From: Anaerolineae bacterium
GTDB taxonomy: Bacteria; Chloroflexota; Anaerolineae; CAZYHC01
NCBI GenBank assembly: GCA_034417895.1
Contig: DAOULT010000092.1
Location: 3,220-67,219, forward strand
Direction: 5' to 3'
DNA: 64,000 nucleotides
Shown: positions 35,920 through 45,337 of the stretch, in pieces
Layout of the letters: each line of letters starts with the position of its first letter
How positions within the stretch are numbered: the first letter of the stretch is position 1
Notes under the pieces: model-generated
What the model saw: only the letters and a program-made list of their open reading frames with translations
The model's database searches: none
Told to the model about the DNA's origin: nothing
Translations under genes and position numbers: made by a program

Positions 35920-35970
35920 CTCTATGAACTATCAAGAAACCAGGTTTTTGGCAAAAACCTGGTTTCTTCC
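35920..35970. repeat. palindromic intergenic element family P1 (extended copy)
   Basis: ctctatgaactatcaagaaaccaggtttttggcaaaaacctggtttcttcc. Confidence 0.65.
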
Positions 35971-36027
35971 AGCCAGTAGTTTATTAGCGCCAGCCCGCTA
36001 TCCATCAATCAGGAGGAATCTTAACCT

Positions 36028-36564
36028 ATGACCAAGCCTCAGAAACTTCAGGAACAAGGTGTGCTCCACTTCCGCGATGGCCGTTACCAGGAGGCCACAG
36101 AATGTTTCAGGCAAAGCCAGGAACTCTACCTGGAGGCCGGAGACCGCCAGGGAGCAGCCGAAATGCTCAACAATTTGGGGGTCGTCTATCACCGTCTGGC
36201 CCGTTGGTCGGAGGCCGAAGCGGCCTTCACCGGGGCCCAAACCATTTTCACCGCTCTGGGAGCACAGGAGGGTGAAGCCCAGGTGTCAGGCAATCTGGGG
36301 AGTCTCTATAAAGCCCAGGGCCAGGTAGACAAAGCAGCCTATCATTTTCAGAAAGCCATCGCTATTTTCCAGCAAATGGGCGATGCTCAAAAAGAAAGCG
36401 CTACCCTGCGTGAGCTTAGCCAGGTGCGTTTGCGTCAGGGCAAATGGGTAGAAGCGTTAGCCACCTACAATACCGCTCTGGCTCGTCTGGAACGACTATC
36501 CTGGCCCGAACGCTTACTCCATTGGCTCTTTCAACTATTTCTGCGGCTGTTGGGCGGAGGGTAG
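36028..36564 (+). CDS. TPR-repeat protein
   Basis: Four TPR units with AxxxxnLGxxYxxxGxxxxA periodicity. Confidence 0.65.
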   Translation: MTKPQKLQEQGVLHFRDGRYQEATECFRQSQELYLEAGDRQGAAEMLNNLGVVYHRLARWSEAEAAFTGAQTIFTALGAQEGEAQVSGNLGSLYKAQGQVDKAAYHFQKAIAIFQQMGDAQKESATLRELSQVRLRQGKWVEALATYNTALARLERLSWPERLLHWLFQLFLRLLGGG

Positions 36565-36566
36565 GT

Positions 36567-37031
36567 TTACCCGCCGCCCTTCTGCTTGTTGTTTTTTACC
36601 CTTTTGACCGCGGCCAGAACCTCTTCCGGATCGAAGGGTTTGTAGAAACAGCCTAAAGCTCCTTCCCTGATCGCTTCCCTGACCAGGTCCTCCACAGAGT
36701 AGGCGGTCATCATAAAAACATTCAGGTCGGGGACAACCTCCTTGATAGCGCGGTATGTCTCCAGGCCATTCATTTTTGGCATTTTTATATCGATAAAAGC
36801 CAGGTCGAAAAGGCCATCTCGCACGCTCTCTAAAGCTTCGTATCCGTTGGCTACTGTCGTGACGTGGTATCCCTCCGAATGCAAAGTGAAGGCGAAGAGA
36901 TCTCTCATGCCTTGTTCATCATCAACGACCAGGACATTGAACCATCTTTCTAGCTCCCTGCCCTCCGCCCCCATGTTGATCACCCTCCGATCATTGACTA
37001 TATAAGCAGGTAGCAAATTTTTTCCACCCAA
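36567..37031 (-). CDS. single-domain response regulator (CheY-like receiver)
   Basis: VLVVDDEQGMRDL...DLAFIDIKMP...K block. The start codon is ambiguous. Confidence 0.7.
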   Translation of the reverse strand: MGGKNLLPAYIVNDRRVINMGAEGRELERWFNVLVVDDEQGMRDLFAFTLHSEGYHVTTVANGYEALESVRDGLFDLAFIDIKMPKMNGLETYRAIKEVVPDLNVFMMTAYSVEDLVREAIREGALGCFYKPFDPEEVLAAVKRVKNNKQKGGG

Positions 37032-37075
37032 ACCTACTCCTTTCGGTTTAAGAAGTATCCGGAACTTTCTGCAAC

Positions 37076-37492
37076 CTACTTGGCAGCGTCTTGCCCCTCC
37101 ATTATCTCCTGTATCTCCCGGTGTTTTCTCAACCCTCTCTCAATAATGGTCATGATCTTATCAGTATCATCAAAAGGTTTAACCAGATAATCGTAAGCAT
37201 TGTATTTGATGGCTTTTACGGCCGTCTCCAGGGAAGCGTACCCGGTCATGATGATGACCACTACCCTTTGATCCAACTCTCTTATCTCACGCAGCATCTC
37301 CAGGCCATCCATGCCGGGCATCTTGATGTCAGCCAGAACCAGGGAGAAAGAGTTTTCTTTTACCTGAGCCAAAGCCTCGTATCCATTATGAACGCTGGTT
37401 ACTTCGTAGCCCTCACCCGTCAGCATATAATCGAGGAACTCACACATCCCTTCTTCGTCATCGACGATGAGGATTTTGCCCTTGCCCTGCAT
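37076..37492 (-). CDS. single-domain response regulator (CheY-like receiver)
   Basis: ILIVDDEEGM...LVLADIKMPGMDGLE...YLVKPF. Confidence 0.8.
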   Translation of the reverse strand: MQGKGKILIVDDEEGMCEFLDYMLTGEGYEVTSVHNGYEALAQVKENSFSLVLADIKMPGMDGLEMLREIRELDQRVVVIIMTGYASLETAVKAIKYNAYDYLVKPFDDTDKIMTIIERGLRKHREIQEIMEGQDAAK

Positions 37493-37546
37493 GTTCCTGT
37501 TTCCCCCTTATCTGCTTCCTCTTTTGCCCACTCCCCATCATCGTCT

Positions 37547-39610
37547 CTATTCCACCTCCCGCCTGCTTTCTTCAACGATGTTCTGCGCGATGTGGGCCGG
37601 CACTTCTTCGTAATGGGAGAATTCCATAGTAAATAGACCCCGCCCCTGGGTGCGTGAACTCAGGTCAATGGCGTAACGCTGCATCTCGGCCAGAGGCACC
37701 TGGGCGGTGATCGTGCCGCTGCCTCGTTGCTGCTCCATGCCCTGCACCCTGGCTCGTTTGGTGTTGAGATCGCCCAGGACATCGCCCATAAATTGTTCCG
37801 GGACGGTGATGGCTACGTCCATGATCGGCTCTAAAAGCACAGGGGAAGCGTTGTTAAAGGCCAGTTTGAAGCATTCCCGGCCCGCGATCTGAAAGGCGAT
37901 ATCCTTGGAATCCACAGGGTGTTCTCTCCCGTCGTAGACCACAGCCTTTACATCTGCGACCGGGTAACCAGCGATGATGCCCTGGTCTAACACCTGCTTG
38001 ATCCCCTTCTCGATAGAGGGGATAAAAGACTGAGAGACGCGTCCCCCGAAAACCTCGCTATCGTACTCAAAGCCGGCCCCCCGCTCCAAAGGCTCGACGC
38101 GGAGAAATACCTTGGCATACTGTCCTGCTCCTCCGGTCTGCTTTTTGTGCAGATATTCGGCAGTGGCTATCCTGGTTATCGTCTCGCGGTAGGGTACACG
38201 CGGGATGGTGGTGAGGATCTCAACCCCAAACTTCTGCTGCAAACGACGCACGGCGATGTCTACATGCTCCGGCCCCATGCCGGTCAGGATAGTTTCCCGC
38301 GTACTGGAGTCCCGTCGCATCTGAAAGGTTGGATCCTCCTCCACCAGACGGGCCAGGGCGTTGCTGAGCCTGTCCAGATCGGCCTTACTTTTGGGATGCA
38401 CTGCCACCGAGAAAACGGGGGTGGGAAACTTTATACCGGGCAGAACACAAGGATGCCCCTTATCACACAGGGTGTCGCCTGTGGAGGTGGCTGCCAGTTT
38501 GGTCACTGCTCCCATGTCCCCAGTGCCTACTTTTTTGGTCGGCTGTTGCTCCTTGCCCCGCAGAAAATATAGTTGCCCGATGCGTTCCTCTTCGCCGCTT
38601 CTGGCGTTGAAGACCCGCGAATCAGATTCCATAGCCCCGGAGTAGACCCGGAAGTAAGTCAGCTTGCCCACGTAAGGGTCAGCGATGGTCTTGAAGACCA
38701 CAACCGTCAGGGGGGCCAGTTCGTTAGCTTCCAGGGTTTCCTCTGCCTGGGTGACCAGGTTGGTGGCTACTATCTCGATCTCAGCCGGAGAAGGTAGATA
38801 TTCGATGATAGCCTGCAAAAGCGGCTGGATACCTATGTTGCTGGTGGCCGAGCCACACAGCACGGGCACAATCGCTCCATCTCTGATCCCCAGTCTGAGA
38901 CCACGCCTTATCTCTGCGGGGGTCAGTTCCTCTCCTTCCAGGTACTTCATGATCAGTTCGTCTTCACTTTCGGCGGCCGCCTCGACCATTTGCAATCTGG
39001 CGCTCTCCACCTCAGCCTGCCGGTCGGCCGGAATTTCCCCTTCTTCTCCTTTCTCACCCAGAAAGGCTGTCAGGTTCACCAGATCCACCACGCCTTGAAA
39101 CTGGCTCTGAGCGCCGATAGGCACCTGGAAGGGAACGAAATTGGCCTCAAATTTCTCGGAAAGCGACTCTAAAACGTTTCCAAAATCAGCATTTTCCCGA
39201 TCCATCTTGTTGATGAAAATTAAACGAGGCCGGTTGCTTTCCTCGACAAAGCTCCAGGCCAATTCGGTGCCGACCTCAACCCCGGCTACCGCATCTATCA
39301 GGATGATAGCCCCGTCGGCCACCCGGATGGCCCCTTGCACCTCACCCACGAAATCGGCGTAGCCGGGCGTATCCAGAATATTGAGCTTGTGATCGTTCCA
39401 CTCACAGGGCAGAATGGAGACGTTGAGAGAGATGGTGCGTCTGATCTCCTCATCATCGTAGTCAGAAACCGTCGTTCCCTCCTCCACCCGACCCAAACGG
39501 GTAACAGCTCCGGTATCGAAAAGCATCGCTTCGGCCAGAGAGGTCTTGCCTGTGCTGCCGTGACCTAATAAGGTTACATTTCTCAAACACTCGATTGTAT
39601 ACTCAACCAT
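37547..39610 (-). CDS. elongation factor G paralogue (EF-G2-like translational GTPase) with divergent G1 motif
   Basis: Five-domain EF-G architecture. G1 is GHGSTGKTS, G3 is DTPGYADF and G4 is NKMDR. GGAGG RBS. Start set at MVEYTIE (39610). Confidence 0.75.
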   Translation of the reverse strand: MVEYTIECLRNVTLLGHGSTGKTSLAEAMLFDTGAVTRLGRVEEGTTVSDYDDEEIRRTISLNVSILPCEWNDHKLNILDTPGYADFVGEVQGAIRVADGAIILIDAVAGVEVGTELAWSFVEESNRPRLIFINKMDRENADFGNVLESLSEKFEANFVPFQVPIGAQSQFQGVVDLVNLTAFLGEKGEEGEIPADRQAEVESARLQMVEAAAESEDELIMKYLEGEELTPAEIRRGLRLGIRDGAIVPVLCGSATSNIGIQPLLQAIIEYLPSPAEIEIVATNLVTQAEETLEANELAPLTVVVFKTIADPYVGKLTYFRVYSGAMESDSRVFNARSGEEERIGQLYFLRGKEQQPTKKVGTGDMGAVTKLAATSTGDTLCDKGHPCVLPGIKFPTPVFSVAVHPKSKADLDRLSNALARLVEEDPTFQMRRDSSTRETILTGMGPEHVDIAVRRLQQKFGVEILTTIPRVPYRETITRIATAEYLHKKQTGGAGQYAKVFLRVEPLERGAGFEYDSEVFGGRVSQSFIPSIEKGIKQVLDQGIIAGYPVADVKAVVYDGREHPVDSKDIAFQIAGRECFKLAFNNASPVLLEPIMDVAITVPEQFMGDVLGDLNTKRARVQGMEQQRGSGTITAQVPLAEMQRYAIDLSSRTQGRGLFTMEFSHYEEVPAHIAQNIVEESRREVE

Positions 39611-39964
39611 CAAAGCCTCCTCAATTATTGTGACAATGGGGACCGGGGAAACTTCGGCCCTGCTCACTTCACCCGTCCCCTCACCGAAGTTAAAAGTTTG
39701 TATCCTTATTGTAAAACATTATTGAGAAGATGTCAATGTCCTCTTGGAGGGCCGCTGACTCTGCGGCCTGATCATAAAGCTATAGTGTTGAAAAGTCCTG
39801 TATATCATACCAGATGGCCGCCCCTGCTATTGTTGCTCCTCGTCAGCCTCTCTGGTTATGAGAGAAACCACTGGATGTTGCATCGTTCAACTTTTCTGGC
39901 CCACATATAGCATGGTTCATTAGCTCGATTGTGCCTGAAAGCACGAACATTTGTTTTCGGCAAC

Positions 39965-39993
39965 TTGCCCAAAACGGCGATCTGGAGTATAAT
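39965..39993 (+). promoter_or_regulatory. sigma70-like promoter (TTGCCC-17-TATAAT) with ~90-nt leader upstream of the oxidoreductase gene
   Basis: Read from the sequence. Confidence 0.45.
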
Positions 39994-40086
39994 GACGACA
40001 ATCAGCCCAGACCCCTACCGCGAGTCGGCGCGAAGCGGGAGGGGTGAACGAGTGGGACGGGCGACAGGGAGAAAAGAGGGAGGAAG

Positions 40087-41166
40087 ATGCTCAAAGCGGC
40101 GGCTATCGGCGTAGGGGCGATGGGGCGCAATCACGCGCGCGTCTATGACGAGTTGCCAGGGGTTGACCTGGTGGCCGTGGCCGATGCCAGTGAAGAGACG
40201 GCGCAGCAGGTTGCCAGGCTGCGGCACGTGACGGCCTACACCGACTATCGGCAGTTGCTGGCTGAGGTCAGGCCGGACGTCGCTTCCGTGGCGGTGCCGA
40301 CGCGATGGCATTACCAGGTGGTGATGGACGCCCTGGAGGCCGGCTGCCACGTGCTGGTAGAAAAGCCAATCGCCGCCACCCTCAAGGAAGGACAGGCCAT
40401 GATCGCGCGAGCCGCCGAGTTGGGACGGGTGCTCGTCGTAGGGCACATTGAGCGCTACAACCCTGCCCTGATCGAGCTGAAGAGGCGGCTGGACGGCGGT
40501 GAACTGGGGCAGATCTTTCGGATTCACGCCCGACGGCTGGGGCCTTTCCCGGTGCGGATGCGTGACGTGGGGGTAGTGATCGATCTGGCAACCCACGATT
40601 TGGACTTGATGCGTCATCTGACCGGGGCTGAAGTGCAACGGCTGTACGCCGAGACGGAGCAAGAGATTCATACGGCGCACGAGGACATGGTATCCGGCCT
40701 GCTGCGCTTCGATAACGGGGTATTGGGCGTGTTGGACATCAACTGGCTGACGCCCACCAAAGTGCGGGAAATCTCGGCCATCGGACAGCGGGGGATGTTT
40801 CTGGCGAACCTGCTGACCCAGGACCTTTACTTCTACGAGAACGAAGAGGCCAGCGGGCTGGATTGGAACCATTTGAGCCTGCTACGCGGGGTGAGCGAAG
40901 GACAAATGGTGCGCCTGCGGCTGCATAGAAGGGAGCCGCTACAGGCTGAGTTAGAAGCATTCGTAACCGCCGCGCAAGGAGAAGGAGCGATGGTGGTCAG
41001 GGGGACGGAGGCCTTAATCGCCCTTGAGCTGGCGCAGGCCTTGATCGAAGCGAGCAAGACCCACCGCGTGGTGGCCTTCGCAGGCGGAAACAGGGCGCAA
41101 GAGGCCACCCTCGGTTGGGAAAATGAAGAAGGACAACGCTCACATCCTTACCACGAACCAGGGTAA
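40087..41166 (+). CDS. Gfo/Idh/MocA-family oxidoreductase
   Basis: AAIGVGAMGRNHARVY Rossmann block. EKP motif in HVLVEKPIA. Confidence 0.8.
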   Translation: MLKAAAIGVGAMGRNHARVYDELPGVDLVAVADASEETAQQVARLRHVTAYTDYRQLLAEVRPDVASVAVPTRWHYQVVMDALEAGCHVLVEKPIAATLKEGQAMIARAAELGRVLVVGHIERYNPALIELKRRLDGGELGQIFRIHARRLGPFPVRMRDVGVVIDLATHDLDLMRHLTGAEVQRLYAETEQEIHTAHEDMVSGLLRFDNGVLGVLDINWLTPTKVREISAIGQRGMFLANLLTQDLYFYENEEASGLDWNHLSLLRGVSEGQMVRLRLHRREPLQAELEAFVTAAQGEGAMVVRGTEALIALELAQALIEASKTHRVVAFAGGNRAQEATLGWENEEGQRSHPYHEPG

Positions 41167-42675
41167 AGGCTCGTCTGGGGAACGCTCCCGCAGATAGTCG
41201 CTCTCCTCCAGGCCGCACCTTTGCGAAGCTCTTTGCCAGGCCGCCAGGGACCTTCTTTTCACCCTGACCAGCGCCTGGCCCACCTGTCTGTCGCCCCGGG
41301 CCAGGACGCCCTGCACCGCAGCCCAGGCCGGGCTATCCGCTTTTACCGCTATCCCTTCCGGTCTCAAGGCCCCTTCGACGTGGCTTAAGCGCTCCTCGAT
41401 AATAGCCGCTGGCAACATAGCCACCCGCTGGAAAGAGGTGTGGGCTTTGGGCACAAAGGGAGTGAGGTTAACAATAATATTTCTGGGAAAACGCTGTCTG
41501 AGGGCCAGGCTTAGATCGACGATGGCCTGTACATCCTCTTCGCTCTCGGAGGGAAGCCCCAACATGAAATAAAGCTTGAGTTGGGGGAACTGGTAGGCGG
41601 CGGCCAGTTCGACGGCGTTAAACACCTGGTCATCCGAAATGCGTTTGTTGATGAAAGTCCGCAAGCGTTCGGACCCCGCTTCTGGAGCCAGGGTCAAGGT
41701 CTGGACCTCGCTCTCGGCCAGAGCGCGGGCCAGATTTTCGGACAGAGAATCCAGGCGCAGCGAAGAAACAGCCAGCCTGGCTTTCATGTCTGCCAGGCCG
41801 GCCAGCAGTTCGTCCAGAGGCGAATAGTCGGACACGGCGGCGCTCACCAGGCCAATCCGCTCCCGATGGCGAAGCCCCTCCTTCGCCTGGGCCAGCAACA
41901 CGTCTACGCTCCGTTCCCGCAGAGGCCGATAAGCGCGGCCCGCCAGGCAAAAATGACATCCTCGTCCGCAGCCCCGGCTTATCTCCATCAGGTACAGGTC
42001 GCCAAACTCGGTATCCCTGGTCAGCACTATCGAGGTGGCAGGGTAGTCGTCCAGGTCACGCACCCAGGCCCGACGCACCACAGCCGGGGCGCGATGGACG
42101 TGGGGCACGTAAAGGCCCGGCAGCAGAGCCAGAGCCGCCAACAACTCGCTGCGCTCCCCGCCGATCTTTTCTCGCAGAGTGTCGAGCAGCGGGGGCAGCA
42201 CAGCCTCGCCTTCGCCGATGACCAGGGCGTCGAGGAGAAGGGCCAGCGGTTCGGGGTTGGCGGTCGGGGCCGGGCCGCCAGCCACGAGGAGCGGGTGGCT
42301 TTCGTCGCGGTTCGCCGCCAGCGGGGGAATGTTGGCCTGGCGCAACATCTGCACCACGTTGAAATAGTCCATCTCGTAAGAAATAGAGAAAGCCAGGACG
42401 GAAAAATCGTCCAGGGGGCGTTGCGACTCCAGGGAAATGAGTTCTCCGCCCCTCGTCCCTTTTCCTGTTCCCGGCCAGAAAACGCGCTCGCAGACGATAT
42501 CGGGCTGCTCGTTCAAGAGGCGATAGACCGTCTGTAACCCCAGGCTGGACATGCCCACGTAATAGGTGTTAGGGTAGGCCAGGGCCACGGCCAGCTTACC
42601 GCCCCAGTCTTTGTAGATCGTGCCTTCTTCGGCGGCCAATATACTTCTGGCCTGGGCGATGTCCTCCCATCTCAT
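41140..42675 (-). CDS. B12-binding-domain radical SAM protein (paralogue of 18992..20431)
   Basis: SRGCGRGCHFCLAG CxxxCxxC motif and an N-terminal B12-binding-like region. Confidence 0.75.
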   Translation of the reverse strand: MRWEDIAQARSILAAEEGTIYKDWGGKLAVALAYPNTYYVGMSSLGLQTVYRLLNEQPDIVCERVFWPGTGKGTRGGELISLESQRPLDDFSVLAFSISYEMDYFNVVQMLRQANIPPLAANRDESHPLLVAGGPAPTANPEPLALLLDALVIGEGEAVLPPLLDTLREKIGGERSELLAALALLPGLYVPHVHRAPAVVRRAWVRDLDDYPATSIVLTRDTEFGDLYLMEISRGCGRGCHFCLAGRAYRPLRERSVDVLLAQAKEGLRHRERIGLVSAAVSDYSPLDELLAGLADMKARLAVSSLRLDSLSENLARALAESEVQTLTLAPEAGSERLRTFINKRISDDQVFNAVELAAAYQFPQLKLYFMLGLPSESEEDVQAIVDLSLALRQRFPRNIIVNLTPFVPKAHTSFQRVAMLPAAIIEERLSHVEGALRPEGIAVKADSPAWAAVQGVLARGDRQVGQALVRVKRRSLAAWQRASQRCGLEESDYLRERSPDEPLPWFVVRM

Positions 42676-42712
42676 TAACTATAACTCTCTTTTCCCCTCC
42701 CATTCTTCCAAT

Positions 42713-45337
42713 TCAGCCCTCTCCCTGGCCGCCGTCGGAAACGTAGTAACGCTCCGGGTACTGCTCGAAGTAGGGCAGCCACCTGTCCAGTTCGTCCTGG
42801 AAAGCCTGCACGCGCGGGATGCGGAAGGGGTCGAAGCCGGGGGCGAAAGGGGAAGGGGTTGGCTGGGCGCCGACCTTAACGGCAGCCTCGTAGCGGTAGT
42901 GCAGGTCTTCCGATTGGCAATAGCCTTCTTTCAAGAGGGAGAGGTCGTCGGGATAAGCGCCAAAGGGAACGGCAAAGCACCGCACTTCGTGGCCCGGAAT
43001 CAGGGCTTCGATGCGGTTTTGGGAGACGGCCAGCTCCCACTTGATCTGTTCGGGCGTGGCTTCGCTGAGATTCGGGTGATTGATGGTGTGGCTGCCGATT
43101 TCCATCCCCCACTCCACCAGGGTGCGCACTTTTTGGGGGCCGGTGTCGCCCTGGCGGAAAAGGGGCGTGCCCGGCTCGTCGGCGTTGAGCAGAACGAAGA
43201 AGGTGGCGCGCAGGGGCCAGTCGGGGCCGTATCTTTTGTGCATGGCGTGCATGATGCCGGCCGCGCAATGGGGGTCTATGCTGCCATCTTCCAGGTAGTA
43301 AAATTGCCCCTCGGAGGAGTCGTCGAAAGCCAGCACCACGGGACGGCGACCGCGCGGCACGTGGGCCAGGTTGCGGCGCACCACGTCGATGAGGTTGACC
43401 GGATAATAACCGTGCGCCAGCAGATACTCCAGGTCGCGGCCGAAGTTATCGGGAGTGCGCGTCCAGCGGTCTTCGGGTTCGCCGATTTTGTGGTATAATA
43501 GCACCAGGATGCGCCCCATTTTGTTGGGCGGGTAGGTGGGGATGGCAGGCGCTTCCTCGGCCGGCTTCAGGGCCTCACGGGTGTACTTGACGCGCGGATC
43601 CCATAGCATCCAGCCTTCGGCTCCGCCCTCCATGGCCCCGCGCATTTCCTCCCGGATCTCCTCTGGCGTGTAGGTGCGCTTGTCGAAGCGGTAATCGGGA
43701 AAATCCTGAATCCAGCAGCGGACGCTGGCTGCCGGATTCACTTTTTTGAGCCGTTCGACGGCGCGGACGGTGCTGAGGTAAACCACCTCGTAAGGGAAAG
43801 CGATGGCGTTGCTGTATTGAGGGAAACCAGGCAATCCAGCCCCGAAAGTGGAAGGGTAGAGCATGGGACACAAGACGTCAATGTGCGGGGCCACGCTTTC
43901 GATAACCTGGCCGATATTAGGGTCGTCGGTACGCCAGCAGGTGTAGCCGAAGAAATCCACGGCCAGTTTAGCGCCGGTGGGCCGCAGGTATTGGCGGGTG
44001 AGGGTCAGCAGGTCGTTAATCGCCGCCTGGCGGTTTTCGGCGGTATTTTCCTGGGCATACTGAGCGTACTCGGTCGGCCCGTCGGTGGGGAAACGGACGT
44101 AATCGTACTGGATTTCGTCGAAGCCCCGGCGGGCGGCTTCTCTGGCGATGGCGGCGTTATATTCCCAGACTTCAGGCTGGCAGGGGTCGCTCCAGCCGAC
44201 GCCCTTGTAGTCGCGCCAGGGCTGGCCGGTGCGGCTGTCTTTGACCGCCAGGTCGGGGCGTTGCCCTACCAGTTGATCGTCTTTGAAGACGATGACGCGG
44301 GCGATGGTGTAATAGCCTCGCTCCTGGAGCCAGGCCATCATGGCCCCGAAGTCGCGGACCTGGTCGTAGGACGAGGAGGCGGTCATCGCCCGCGTCCAGG
44401 AGAGATCAGTGCTCTGATAGTCTTTGAACTCGGTGACGGCCAGGGCCTCTTCCTCTTCTGCGCGGGAGATGGTGGGGGCGGTGAAGGTGTCGTATAGCAG
44501 GCCATCGTCGCCCTTGATGTCTATGACGATGGCGTTGAGTTCAGTCTCTTCCAGCAGTTGCAGGGCGTGGCTGCGCAATCCAGCGTGCCGGGCGGCCCAG
44601 TAAGTGACGTACAGGCCCTTTACCCGGGCCGGCGCAGGTGGGGGCGGTTCAGGCGTCGGCGGTTCGGGCGTGGGCGGGGGCGGTTCGACCCCTTTGGGGA
44701 TGAGCAAGACCTGACCGACAGAGATGAGGCTCGCATCCTCAAGGTGGTTGATTTCGGCCAGCTTTTGGACGGTGGTGTCGAAGCGGCGGGAGATGCCCCA
44801 CAGCGTATCGCCGCGCTGGACTGCGTATTCAAAATATTCCTCGGAGGGCGTGGGCGGCGGTTCAGGGGTGGGTGGGGGCGGTTCGGGCGTGGGCGGCGGT
44901 TCGACGCCTTTGGGGATGAGCAAAATCTGACCGACGGAGATGAGGCTGGCATCCTCGATGTGGTTGATTTCGGCCAGCTTTTGGACGGTGGTGTCGAAGC
45001 GGCGGGAGATGCCCCACAGCGTATCGCCGCGCTGGACTGCGTATTCAAAATATTCCTCGGAAGGAGGATCAGGCGGTTCGGGCGGGGGCGGTTCCTGGCC
45101 GGTGGGTATAACGAGGCGTTGGCCGACGTTGATGAGGCCGGGGTCTTCGATATCGTTGGCCTCTACCAGGTCCTGGACGGTGGTGTTGAAGCGGCGGGCG
45201 ATGCTCCACAACGTGTCGCCGGCCTGCACCACGTAGTAACGTGGAACTGGATCGCTGGCCGCGCTTGCTTTCCGACCGAAGATAGCGTCCGCTATCTTAT
45301 TGAGGATTTGCTTGAGCGTGATGATCAGAGCTTTCAT
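42713..45337 (-). CDS. secreted LysMx3 / glycoside-hydrolase-like / CE4 polysaccharide deacetylase multidomain protein
   Basis: Three LysM units (GDTLW.ISRRF.TTVQ.L...N) separated by PEPPTPEPP linkers. A central TIM-barrel-like GH-like region. C-terminal NodB block (VVLAFDDS...HTINHPNL). Confidence 0.7.
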   Translation of the reverse strand: MKALIITLKQILNKIADAIFGRKASAASDPVPRYYVVQAGDTLWSIARRFNTTVQDLVEANDIEDPGLINVGQRLVIPTGQEPPPPEPPDPPSEEYFEYAVQRGDTLWGISRRFDTTVQKLAEINHIEDASLISVGQILLIPKGVEPPPTPEPPPPTPEPPPTPSEEYFEYAVQRGDTLWGISRRFDTTVQKLAEINHLEDASLISVGQVLLIPKGVEPPPPTPEPPTPEPPPPAPARVKGLYVTYWAARHAGLRSHALQLLEETELNAIVIDIKGDDGLLYDTFTAPTISRAEEEEALAVTEFKDYQSTDLSWTRAMTASSSYDQVRDFGAMMAWLQERGYYTIARVIVFKDDQLVGQRPDLAVKDSRTGQPWRDYKGVGWSDPCQPEVWEYNAAIAREAARRGFDEIQYDYVRFPTDGPTEYAQYAQENTAENRQAAINDLLTLTRQYLRPTGAKLAVDFFGYTCWRTDDPNIGQVIESVAPHIDVLCPMLYPSTFGAGLPGFPQYSNAIAFPYEVVYLSTVRAVERLKKVNPAASVRCWIQDFPDYRFDKRTYTPEEIREEMRGAMEGGAEGWMLWDPRVKYTREALKPAEEAPAIPTYPPNKMGRILVLLYHKIGEPEDRWTRTPDNFGRDLEYLLAHGYYPVNLIDVVRRNLAHVPRGRRPVVLAFDDSSEGQFYYLEDGSIDPHCAAGIMHAMHKRYGPDWPLRATFFVLLNADEPGTPLFRQGDTGPQKVRTLVEWGMEIGSHTINHPNLSEATPEQIKWELAVSQNRIEALIPGHEVRCFAVPFGAYPDDLSLLKEGYCQSEDLHYRYEAAVKVGAQPTPSPFAPGFDPFRIPRVQAFQDELDRWLPYFEQYPERYYVSDGGQGEG
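44690..45140. repeat. 216-bp near-identical tandem duplication inside the LysM region (LysM2/LysM3 + linker)
   Basis: Two units (~44697-44914 and ~44915-45130) with >90% DNA identity. They encode EEYFEYAVQRGDTLWGISRRFDTTVQKLAEINH(I/L)EDASLISVGQ. Confidence 0.8.

Noticed and set aside
44620-45236. Pro/Arg-rich ORFs on both strands (44620..45048 -, 44724..44930 +, 44940..45236 +)
   Set aside because: They are alternative frames of the GC-rich, repeat-containing LysM/PEPPTP-linker region of the 874-aa deacetylase gene.
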